The notes beneath the pieces were generated by a model. That model was not told the DNA's origin and did not search any database. It worked only from the letters and a program-made list of their open reading frames with translations. A DNA stretch of 64,000 bases, from IMG/VR virus record IMGVR_UViG_3300020349_000003, one strand, 5' to 3'. The stretch comes from a virus (taxonomy: Duplodnaviria > Caudoviricetes). Below are positions 56,918 through 64,000 of the stretch, in pieces (position 1 is the stretch's first letter; each line of letters opens with the position of its first letter). The translations under genes and the position numbers were made by a program.

Positions 56918-57565
56918 CTATTGGGTGTGTACATAATTTTGTGCTTCGGCAATGATAGGGAACTGTTCTATAAAGATTTTCCTACATGCCTCTGCAATAT
57001 CCATATGCTCTTTCTGTGTTCCATGTGCAGAACGCAAATCAATATAGTGCATCCATGAACGAACACTACCTGACATATAAATTCTAGTTGGTGTTGCTAA
57101 TGGAAGTACAAATCTTGCACACTCCTTTGCAACTCCTGCATCTAGCAATGAATTATATAGATTCATTGCATCGTTAAAATGATTAGCAATCAGTGCTGAA
57201 TACTCTTCCTTCTTTTCTGAAGGTATGTCATCATTACTGTTCTGCCTGTTCTTTAAGTCCTGACTTCTTAATTCAGGTACATCAATCTTACTGTCAAGTA
57301 GATTGGTGTCAGCATATCTCTGACTAAACTCTTGAAAGGTAAAAGATCTATGTCTTAATACTTGTGCAGCAAGACCTCTAGTAGTTTCAATCTCTAGAGT
57401 CATGAATGCCTGTTCAAAAATAGACCAATGATGATGCTTAATACAATACCTAAGTAGACCTGCTACGTTAGGGTTGTCCTGATTATTGGGGTTGGATACC
57501 CTAGCAACATAACCAATAGTTTTCTCTGCGTCAGGAGTTACAGAGATCAATGATACCTTAGTCAT
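56918..57565 (-). CDS. thyX: Flavin-dependent thymidylate synthase
   Basis: HWSIFE, RHRSFTFQEFSQRY, ECARFVLP. Confidence 0.96.
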   Translation of the reverse strand: MTKVSLISVTPDAEKTIGYVARVSNPNNQDNPNVAGLLRYCIKHHHWSIFEQAFMTLEIETTRGLAAQVLRHRSFTFQEFSQRYADTNLLDSKIDVPELRSQDLKNRQNSNDDIPSEKKEEYSALIANHFNDAMNLYNSLLDAGVAKECARFVLPLATPTRIYMSGSVRSWMHYIDLRSAHGTQKEHMDIAEACRKIFIEQFPIIAEAQNYVHTQ

Positions 57566-57783
57566 AATCTATTTTAACTGGTTTGTGATTGAATAAAATT
57601 CTAGAGATAAAGTACACTCCAAATGCTTGAAGGTATCCTATTGTCACTAGTCCAAACAAACTAGGCATCAACCAGTTCCATAACAACATTAAGATTAATG
57701 GTTTAGTAAAGGTTGCTACCACTTCTGCACCCCTCTCAATATCTTTCTTATCAGCAGGGGTGTTCTTTTTGTAAACACTCATG
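57558..57783 (-). CDS. Hypothetical membrane protein
   Basis: LMLLWNWLMPSLFGL; start trimmed to MSVYKK. Confidence 0.55.
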
Positions 57784-58048
57784 ATTTGGTCTTTGGTTTC
57801 TTTGGTGGATGTGCTTTCTTTTGATTGTTCCATAACTTTGGATTAACTCTTCCAGCAGTTTGCCTTAGAAATTTAAAACCTTTTTTGTACTTGTCGTAGT
57901 ACGTATCAAAAATTTCCACTGCACTGGCTGACATTGTTATGTCGTAAGCAATCCTATCCTCCTTTGTATACTCTACGCAGTAGGTATTATAAGGTAGTTT
58001 TGTATCTTTGGCAAGCGTAGGGTCACAATCTTCATGAAGAATGTTCAA
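57779..58048 (-). CDS. Hypothetical protein
   Basis: 89 aa; ILHEDCDP...IFDTYYD...GRVNPKLW. Confidence 0.65.
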   Translation of the reverse strand: MNILHEDCDPTLAKDTKLPYNTYCVEYTKEDRIAYDITMSASAVEIFDTYYDKYKKGFKFLRQTAGRVNPKLWNNQKKAHPPKKPKTKS

Positions 58049-58512
58049 GATCTATTGCCCCATTCTATTTGTGGGAATGCTTCTTGAACTACTGCCTTGG
58101 TGATGCGTTTATACTTCTTATTCAATTGTCCATCTTTAACTAAAACAAGAAGTTCTGCTTCTTCTGCTGCTAAACCTTCTAGCAGTTGAACAAACATAGA
58201 CTCACGTTTTAAAGACTTCAATGTATCTTGACCACCTTTAACAAAGCGATAGAACCCTTTGGATTCTTGCTCCAGTCGTGTGTGATCTGTTCCTACAGGT
58301 GCATCGTTAGGTGTGTATGGAACCTCTCCTTCAGGGAGCATAGAGACTACGCTCTCATCATAATTCCAAATCAATAACATCCTCAGTGCAGGAGAATTGT
58401 TTCCTTGAAGGATGTTTACTTTCTCCTTCTTAGTTTTAGCATTAGAAACCTTTCGCAAGATTTCTGTAATAAGTAACCGAGAGTTACTATTTTCAAGTCC
58501 TTTAGCTACCAT
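58045..58512 (-). CDS. Conserved T4-like hypothetical protein
   Basis: LPEGEVPY...RESMFVQLLEGL...EAELL. Confidence 0.7.
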   Translation of the reverse strand: MVAKGLENSNSRLLITEILRKVSNAKTKKEKVNILQGNNSPALRMLLIWNYDESVVSMLPEGEVPYTPNDAPVGTDHTRLEQESKGFYRFVKGGQDTLKSLKRESMFVQLLEGLAAEEAELLVLVKDGQLNKKYKRITKAVVQEAFPQIEWGNRS

Positions 58513-58514
58513 AA

Positions 58515-58745
58515 TTAATCATCATCCTCATCGAATTCGGTGTAAAAATCTTTTTCTTTGCGAAGGTAAATTAATTCGTCATGAATTATATTACCGTTGG
58601 CATCCAACATTTCGGGATGTATAACAGCTCTTGCATAGGCAGCGTTTTCAACATAGTCTTCAACGTATCCCTTTGCTAGCCATGATACCGTGACCCCTAA
58701 AAGGAATGCACCGATTACCATTAAGACAGTTAATGCAATTTCCAT
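58515..58745 (-). CDS. Hypothetical membrane protein
   Basis: N-terminal TM helix; HPEMLDANGN. Confidence 0.6.
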   Translation of the reverse strand: MEIALTVLMVIGAFLLGVTVSWLAKGYVEDYVENAAYARAVIHPEMLDANGNIIHDELIYLRKEKDFYTEFDEDDD

Positions 58746-58765
58746 AGGTCTCCTTACTACTGTTT

Positions 58766-59113
58766 TTATTTAGAGAGTTTCTTCCTCCCTGGTTTACGAG
58801 ATAGTTCATACTTCCAAGAATCACTCAGTATACCATGAAGATACTTTCGTAACTTTCTTGCTCTAGGTTTACCTAGATGACCGTATGCTTCTTTAAGTTG
58901 GCAATGTTCATTGTCTGAACCTCCTTTAATATATTGTTCTAGATCATACACTAAGAGAGCTAACTCTTTTGCTGTACTAGAATCAATAAATTCTTTCGCT
59001 TGCTTACGAGTTGCCTTGTTATGCTTCAGATAATCATAACATCTGAAAAGGTATATCTCCTTCTCAAATGCAGCATCAATAGCATGTTCAACAAGATCGT
59101 AAAGTTCTTCCAT
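58766..59113 (-). CDS. Hypothetical protein
   Basis: LKEAYGHLGKPRARK. Confidence 0.65.
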   Translation of the reverse strand: MEELYDLVEHAIDAAFEKEIYLFRCYDYLKHNKATRKQAKEFIDSSTAKELALLVYDLEQYIKGGSDNEHCQLKEAYGHLGKPRARKLRKYLHGILSDSWKYELSRKPGRKKLSK

Positions 59114-59352
59114 TAGATTAGATTTTTTTCTTGGAGATATTTAACAGTGTCGGTGCATCCACCGAGTTTCTCTGAGTTTACTAGAACTTGCGGAAAAGTG
59201 CAACCCCTACCAAATTCTCTTTGAAATGCTTCACGTGTATAATGTACTCCTAGCTTGTATTCTCGGTAGGAAATTGATTTCCCATCAAGAACTTGTTTTA
59301 TCTTTGAGCAGTATGGACAATCAGGTTTTGTATAAACTGCGAAGTTTTGCAT
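59113..59352 (-). CDS. nrdC: Glutaredoxin
   Basis: CPYC, TFPQV, GGCTD. Confidence 0.92.
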   Translation of the reverse strand: MQNFAVYTKPDCPYCSKIKQVLDGKSISYREYKLGVHYTREAFQREFGRGCTFPQVLVNSEKLGGCTDTVKYLQEKNLI

Positions 59353-59367
59353 TTGTGTTTAAAGAAT

Positions 59368-59394
59368 AAAAAAGGGTGACCGAAGTCACCCTTT
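59368..59394 (-). terminator. Rho-independent terminator with a cUUCGg loop
   Basis: AAAGGGTGAC TTCG GTCACCC TTTTTT. Confidence 0.88.
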
Positions 59395-59414
59395 ATTTAG
59401 AAAGTTAGTTCAAC

Positions 59415-59810
59415 TTAGAATGTGAACTTAGCACCGATTTTAGCACCCCAGTTACGGATGGTGTCGCCTTCGCTGTCTTCGCCAGCAGTAGCACCAGAGA
59501 TCTCAGCATAAGCAGCAAGAGAATCAGTAACAGGTACAGAAGCACCAACCTTACCAGAAAGTTCTGTTTCTGTTTCGTCAGCAGACTCAGAATGAGCTAG
59601 TGAAGGACCACCTTGTACATAGTAAGCAATAGTACCGTCAGCACCTACTGTGCCTTCGTATCCGATATGTACATCTGTAGTAGCTGCAGAGTACTCTCCA
59701 TCAGGATATGAAAGGTTGCTTTCTACGTTCACATAAGGACCAGCAAAAGCGGCTCCAGCGAGAAGAAAAGGTGATGCAGCTACAGCTGCGATTGTTGATT
59801 TGATTGACAT
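59415..59810 (-). CDS. Small outer-membrane beta-barrel-like protein
   Basis: Signal peptide ending AFA, alternating beta strands, C-terminal KIGAKFTF. Confidence 0.65.
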   Translation of the reverse strand: MSIKSTIAAVAASPFLLAGAAFAGPYVNVESNLSYPDGEYSAATTDVHIGYEGTVGADGTIAYYVQGGPSLAHSESADETETELSGKVGASVPVTDSLAAYAEISGATAGEDSEGDTIRNWGAKIGAKFTF

Positions 59811-59925
59811 GATTGTTTAAAGTATCTCGCAAGGCATAAAAAAACCTGCGGATGATAGTCTCCCCGACATGGGAAACTGTTTGCATCTACACAGGGTTAC
59901 GATCCTTTCGAGTCCTTTGTATATG
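59811..59925 (-). ncRNA. Candidate structured 5' leader
   Basis: Nested stems CTCGAAAGG/CCTTGCGAG, CCTGTG/CGCAGG, GATG/CATC and AGTTTCCC/GGGGAGACT; T-run after the inner stem; TATAAATA at 59929-59936. Confidence 0.55.
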
Positions 59926-59958
59926 ATTTATTTATAATAACATAACTTTACATAAGTG

Positions 59959-60180
59959 TCAAGGTCTCCGAACCTTTTTTCTTAGTTCCTCTTGTCTCTT
60001 CCTAGATTCTACCAAGCGTTGTGCTGTTGTCAACCTGTCTTGATAGAAATCCTTCATGTGTGGTGGAATGCTAACAACATCAGAAGGATCTACTATAGAT
60101 TCAAACTCTATGTCAGTGTCACCAACAACTTCTCTTAGTTGCTGCGTTAAATTTTCTTTTTTAATTTTTGGTAAGTCCAT
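59959..60180 (-). CDS. Hypothetical protein
   Basis: 73 aa, coupled to the Nfu gene. Confidence 0.55.
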   Translation of the reverse strand: MDLPKIKKENLTQQLREVVGDTDIEFESIVDPSDVVSIPPHMKDFYQDRLTTAQRLVESRKRQEELRKKVRRP

Positions 60181-60461
60181 TATAGTACTTGCACAACACC
60201 AACAACATCAGGAATCTCTTCCATCAGTTTACGTTCAATACCTTGCTTCAATGTCATGGTACTCATAGCACATGTCTCACATGCACCACCTAACTTTACT
60301 TTAACATATCCATCTTCTATATCATAAAGTTGAAGGTATCCACCATCAGCTTCAATATAAGGTACGAGTTCTTCTAGTACCCTTAATACATTCTCTTCAG
60401 TTAATTCCATGTGTGTTGCCAGATAGTGTTGTCTCTTAAGATATTCATAATAATGATCCAT
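60180..60461 (-). CDS. NifU C-terminal/Nfu Fe-S cluster carrier
   Basis: PYIEADGG...VKLGGACETCAMSTMTLKQGIE; start possibly 60410. Confidence 0.9.
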   Translation of the reverse strand: MDHYYEYLKRQHYLATHMELTEENVLRVLEELVPYIEADGGYLQLYDIEDGYVKVKLGGACETCAMSTMTLKQGIERKLMEEIPDVVGVVQVL

Positions 60462-62152
60462 TACATTAAGTTGTTACCACAAACATCAAAGTTACCACTC
60501 AATCCACCACGAGCAGTGTGTAATAATAACTCACCGTTAGTAGCATCATTAGCAGACAAAGAGATTGAGTTGTTTAAGTCAGAGAGATTCCAACTGTTAT
60601 TCTTAAAGGAATTAATCCAATAATCAAAACCATCTGCCTCTGGTCTCCTACTTATAATTGTACCATAAGAGGTGACAAGTTGGTCATACACCTGTTGATA
60701 TGTATAACCCGTCTTAACCGTCCTAGAACTCCATCCAGGTACCAATCCCGTGATGAATCTGTAAGGATTTCTTATAGTAGTACCATCATTGAATGATAAG
60801 TAACCCTGAGTCCACTCCCCATATCCAGCATCACTTATACCTGTACTTGTACAACAAGGTCCACTAAACTTCCAACCAGAAGAGTTCCTAGTAGTCCATA
60901 CCAATCCACTATCAGCAGGTTGTTCTAGATCTAAAGAAGTAACTTCGATGTTGGTCATCTGAGAACGTAAGGTGAATGCAATGCCACCTGGATTCCCTGC
61001 CCAAGTATTGTCTGCCTGACTTGTATTAGTTAAAGTGACACCAATAGTATGTGGACCTGGTGTTACACCAGTAATAGTAATGAATGTGCTACTACTATTA
61101 GAAGTAATTGTTCCTTTAGCAACACCATCCCAAGTAATGTCAGCAGTACTATCTGCCTGTACTTCTAAGATATAATATCCAGTATGTAATGGGGTAACAT
61201 TCCACGTAGCAGTATGAGCAGTGCCTACCATCGAATTAATGTTAGATGGATACACTGCATACTCATTCATAAAGTCTGACCAGTCATGATGAGGTCCAGC
61301 TTTTACCCAACCAATACTATTATTTGCACCACAGACTCCACCGAAACACATCTTTATAAACCACCCACCTGGATTTGAATCCCAAGTATCTCCTGTACCA
61401 TTAGTAGTAGTAACAGTAAGTTTTAATGTACCAACAGATAGAGTTGCAGTACCTGTAACTGGTGAGGTCATACTAGATGCAGTAAGAAGAGGAGTCTCAC
61501 TATCATTTAAGAATATAGATCCACCAGCATCAGAACCAAATGTAAATCCATATGTACCTGCTTCTAGTATCTCAATTTGATATGTAACTGTCTGCAATTC
61601 ATTAGGAAGAGTACACTGTTCTGGATTAACCCACACACCGTACTTCTGTGCATCACCTGACCATGCATCAACTGCATAGGTTATTGGATTTGACTTTGCT
61701 TCTTTTGTTTTCTCAACCGTAGTACCATCCTCTTTGTAACAAGTAATAGGTTTGATATTAACATCAGAATAATATGGTGTGCAACTAGCACTAGTTAAAG
61801 TTGGGACAACAAAGTTGTCACTCTCTCCTAAATTTTCATTAGGTCCACCATCACCAGTAATAATGTTTCCTAGATATACATTCTCACAATCATAATATGT
61901 ACCATCATCTCTAACCTTACATTTAGTTCCTATAAGAATAGCAGGTAAGTCTTCGTAAATATCTCCAGTAGGACCCCAAAAACCACCATCAACTACAGGA
62001 TGTATCCACCCCTCTTCGTCTGGCCACTTATCGGTTTCTACTTCTTCTTGTTCTGGTAAGGCACGACGAGATCTCGATGCAATATCACTATCAGATATTA
62101 ACGCATCACATACTGGACCAAAAATACTACCTTCAGGATAATAGTAACTCAT
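60461..62152 (-). CDS. Virion-associated protein with two PA14-like beta-sandwich modules
   Basis: GTYGFTFGSDAGGSIFLN and GYYILEVQADSTADITWDG repeats, each ending in W..NPGG. Confidence 0.6.
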   Translation of the reverse strand: MSYYYPEGSIFGPVCDALISDSDIASRSRRALPEQEEVETDKWPDEEGWIHPVVDGGFWGPTGDIYEDLPAILIGTKCKVRDDGTYYDCENVYLGNIITGDGGPNENLGESDNFVVPTLTSASCTPYYSDVNIKPITCYKEDGTTVEKTKEAKSNPITYAVDAWSGDAQKYGVWVNPEQCTLPNELQTVTYQIEILEAGTYGFTFGSDAGGSIFLNDSETPLLTASSMTSPVTGTATLSVGTLKLTVTTTNGTGDTWDSNPGGWFIKMCFGGVCGANNSIGWVKAGPHHDWSDFMNEYAVYPSNINSMVGTAHTATWNVTPLHTGYYILEVQADSTADITWDGVAKGTITSNSSSTFITITGVTPGPHTIGVTLTNTSQADNTWAGNPGGIAFTLRSQMTNIEVTSLDLEQPADSGLVWTTRNSSGWKFSGPCCTSTGISDAGYGEWTQGYLSFNDGTTIRNPYRFITGLVPGWSSRTVKTGYTYQQVYDQLVTSYGTIISRRPEADGFDYWINSFKNNSWNLSDLNNSISLSANDATNGELLLHTARGGLSGNFDVCGNNLM

Positions 62153-62169
62153 ATATCCTTTTTAAATAT

Positions 62170-62931
62170 TTAGTTGGTTCGTTGCATTGGCCAACGTCCT
62201 TGCACAGAATTACTAGATTTAATAAATGTACTAGCAGTTGATTTATTAGAAGGTATCATCTGTTTTATATTAGCATTGTTAACAAATGTTCTTACTGAAT
62301 ACCTATCTTCACCACCATAGGTAGTCTGTGCATGCCAGATCTCAGCAGGAAATAGAACCATTCTATTAGCCTTCTGTTGTATCCTTATAGTCTCATTAAA
62401 CTTAGAACGATGCTCTATAATAAGTTGTTCTAATCTTGGGTTGGTTACTCCTGTCCTATGATATTCTTTAGTTGCATTAAGATACTCTGGAGGAACAGTA
62501 GAACCAGTCATGTAAGTGGAATTGAAATCTTTTTTCTTTTCATAGAATGATGTACCAACATTACCTTCAGGTGCATCATTCAAATATATTATAGCAGTAG
62601 CAAGTTGTCCTACATTATTATCTGCATGTATCAATCCATTGTTCAATAGATGCCCTCTATCTGAATGAGGAGTAATCTTTTGAAAGTCTTGTACTACATG
62701 CCATTCTATGTCATGGTCTCTAGGATCCCAGAAAGGAGAAAATATTTGCTGACAACAATACTTGGCAAGGTTTACATCTATCTCAGCAATTGTTTTCTTA
62801 CTTGCCACACCAGGATAGTTTGTTCCAGAAGGTTCTTGATACTCTAGACTCTTTGCTAGTTCTAATACCTCTTCAGGATTACCAAAGATACCATCAATAA
62901 TAGTAAGAGGAAAGTAAAGTGGTCTAGTCAT
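62170..62931 (-). CDS. 2OG-Fe(II) oxygenase-like protein
   Basis: IHAD...IIYLN...GTSFY...NRMVLF...WHA; start trimmed to MTRPL. Confidence 0.75.
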   Translation of the reverse strand: MTRPLYFPLTIIDGIFGNPEEVLELAKSLEYQEPSGTNYPGVASKKTIAEIDVNLAKYCCQQIFSPFWDPRDHDIEWHVVQDFQKITPHSDRGHLLNNGLIHADNNVGQLATAIIYLNDAPEGNVGTSFYEKKKDFNSTYMTGSTVPPEYLNATKEYHRTGVTNPRLEQLIIEHRSKFNETIRIQQKANRMVLFPAEIWHAQTTYGGEDRYSVRTFVNNANIKQMIPSNKSTASTFIKSSNSVQGRWPMQRTN

Positions 62932-63083
62932 CTCTGTTGTCTCTCCCAAATACCTCTAGCATGTGCGTTGTGTTCAATTAATTTCTGAGCCCAAATTCTA
63001 TCCTCAAGACTAACATCTCTACTAAGACGTGTCTTGCATGCAATAATATGGAGTCTCAATCTGTAGTCTCTACTCAATGGCAT
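62928..63083 (-). CDS. Small hypothetical protein (51 aa, not in ORF track)
   Basis: MPLSRDYRLRLHIIACKTRLSRDVSLEDRIWAQKLIEHNAHARGIWERQQR. Confidence 0.5.
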   Translation of the reverse strand: MPLSRDYRLRLHIIACKTRLSRDVSLEDRIWAQKLIEHNAHARGIWERQQR

Positions 63084-63604
63084 AATTCATTAATCACTAG
63101 AGGTAATAATCTATACTCTGCTCTTTGAATACGATGAGTCAAAGTTTCAACAGTATCATCTTTACATATAGGAACTCTTGATTGATCTATTATATCACCA
63201 CCGTCAAGCTCCTCATTAACATAGTGAACAGTACATCCTGTTTCTGTATCACCTGATTCCAATGCTTGTTCTACTGCATGCAATCCCTTATACTTAGGTA
63301 GCAATGATGGGTGTACATTTATAATCTTATTAGGAAATGCTTCAATAAATTCTGGTGGTAACACTCTCATGTATCCTGCCAGTACAATGTAATCTACTTG
63401 CCATGCTTTAAACATGGTAATCATTTTGTCTGAATCTTTATGTGGAATCCTTACATGAGGTATACCAAACTTACCTGCTTTATCTGCAGCACCACATTGT
63501 TTAGTGTTGTGTATCATCACAACAACTTCATGTTTCTGTTGGGGGTAACGGATTATGTTCTCGAAGTTGGTTCCGTTGCCAGAACACATAATTCCTAGTC
63601 TCAT
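63074..63604 (-). CDS. purN: Phosphoribosylglycinamide formyltransferase
   Basis: SGNGTNF, LAGYMR, NVHPSLLP, GCTVHYV..ELDGG. Confidence 0.95.
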   Translation of the reverse strand: MRLGIMCSGNGTNFENIIRYPQQKHEVVVMIHNTKQCGAADKAGKFGIPHVRIPHKDSDKMITMFKAWQVDYIVLAGYMRVLPPEFIEAFPNKIINVHPSLLPKYKGLHAVEQALESGDTETGCTVHYVNEELDGGDIIDQSRVPICKDDTVETLTHRIQRAEYRLLPLVINELCH

Positions 63605-63728
63605 AAGCTTAACCTGATTTTGGATGGGACTGTAACCTCTATCTGAATAGGTCTATCAAATAGATCTTGCATGGCCATTATAATATAGGTTTGTGGAATG
63701 ATAATGATAAGAATTGCTAAAAACCATT

Positions 63729-63995
63729 TCATAATACAGGGTACTCTTCATTGCGTATAAATTTAGTTTTCTTTGTTTTAAAATCATCCATCAATCTACT
63801 AACTTGTAACCTATCAAGACCTGCAAGGTGTTGACAGTTCTCTAGGGCACGATAGATACATTCTCTATCACTTATAGGTGGAGAGATTTCCCACCCATCC
63901 TTATCATAATACTTCTTACCTTCAGTAACTTGTGCCTCAACGTAAGAAGCATCAAACTTATCTTCTGGATTAGTATAGCTATGCTTCTTAGTCAT
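63729..63995 (-). CDS. Hypothetical protein
   Basis: 88 aa ORF. Confidence 0.55.
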   Translation of the reverse strand: MTKKHSYTNPEDKFDASYVEAQVTEGKKYYDKDGWEISPPISDRECIYRALENCQHLAGLDRLQVSRLMDDFKTKKTKFIRNEEYPVL

Positions 63996-64000
63996 TCTTG

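Overview
This window is a segment of a T4-like cyanomyophage genome (low GC, roughly 35-40% by eye). A Prochlorococcus or marine Synechococcus host is inferred from CP12, CpeT and the promoter types. Almost all genes are on the minus strand. From left to right: (1) a PAAR spike tip and virion proteins (1-3.9 kb); (2) an early or host-takeover region (4-18 kb) of small ORFs driven by about 11 sigma70-like promoters that share a GTGnCA-N10-TGnCAC palindrome, with an SF2 helicase, two DNA methyltransferases, a ParB-like DGQH protein, a MutH/Sau3AI-like nuclease and a structured RNA; (3) an array of glycine-rich fibre/adhesin genes (18-26 kb) and large virion proteins; (4) pyrE, 2OG-Fe(II) oxygenases, gp5, cpeT, cp12, a hub protein, two tape-measure-like paralogues, gp51/gp26, gp54-like, gp4, gp48 and gp53; (5) gp32, gp33, an exonuclease, phoH, thyX, glutaredoxin, an outer-membrane-like protein, Nfu and purN. 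The most notable observations are: a non-coding cluster of four cyanobacterial-type DnaA boxes (TTTTCCACA) around an AT-rich spacer next to divergent promoters; a canonical -1 slippery site (T TTT TTC) that would fuse gp26 to a start-less gp51 frame just upstream of the tape-measure gene, like lambda G/GT; and a two-domain structured RNA co-transcribed with the MutH-like nuclease. Family assignments come from motif recognition only; no database searches were run.
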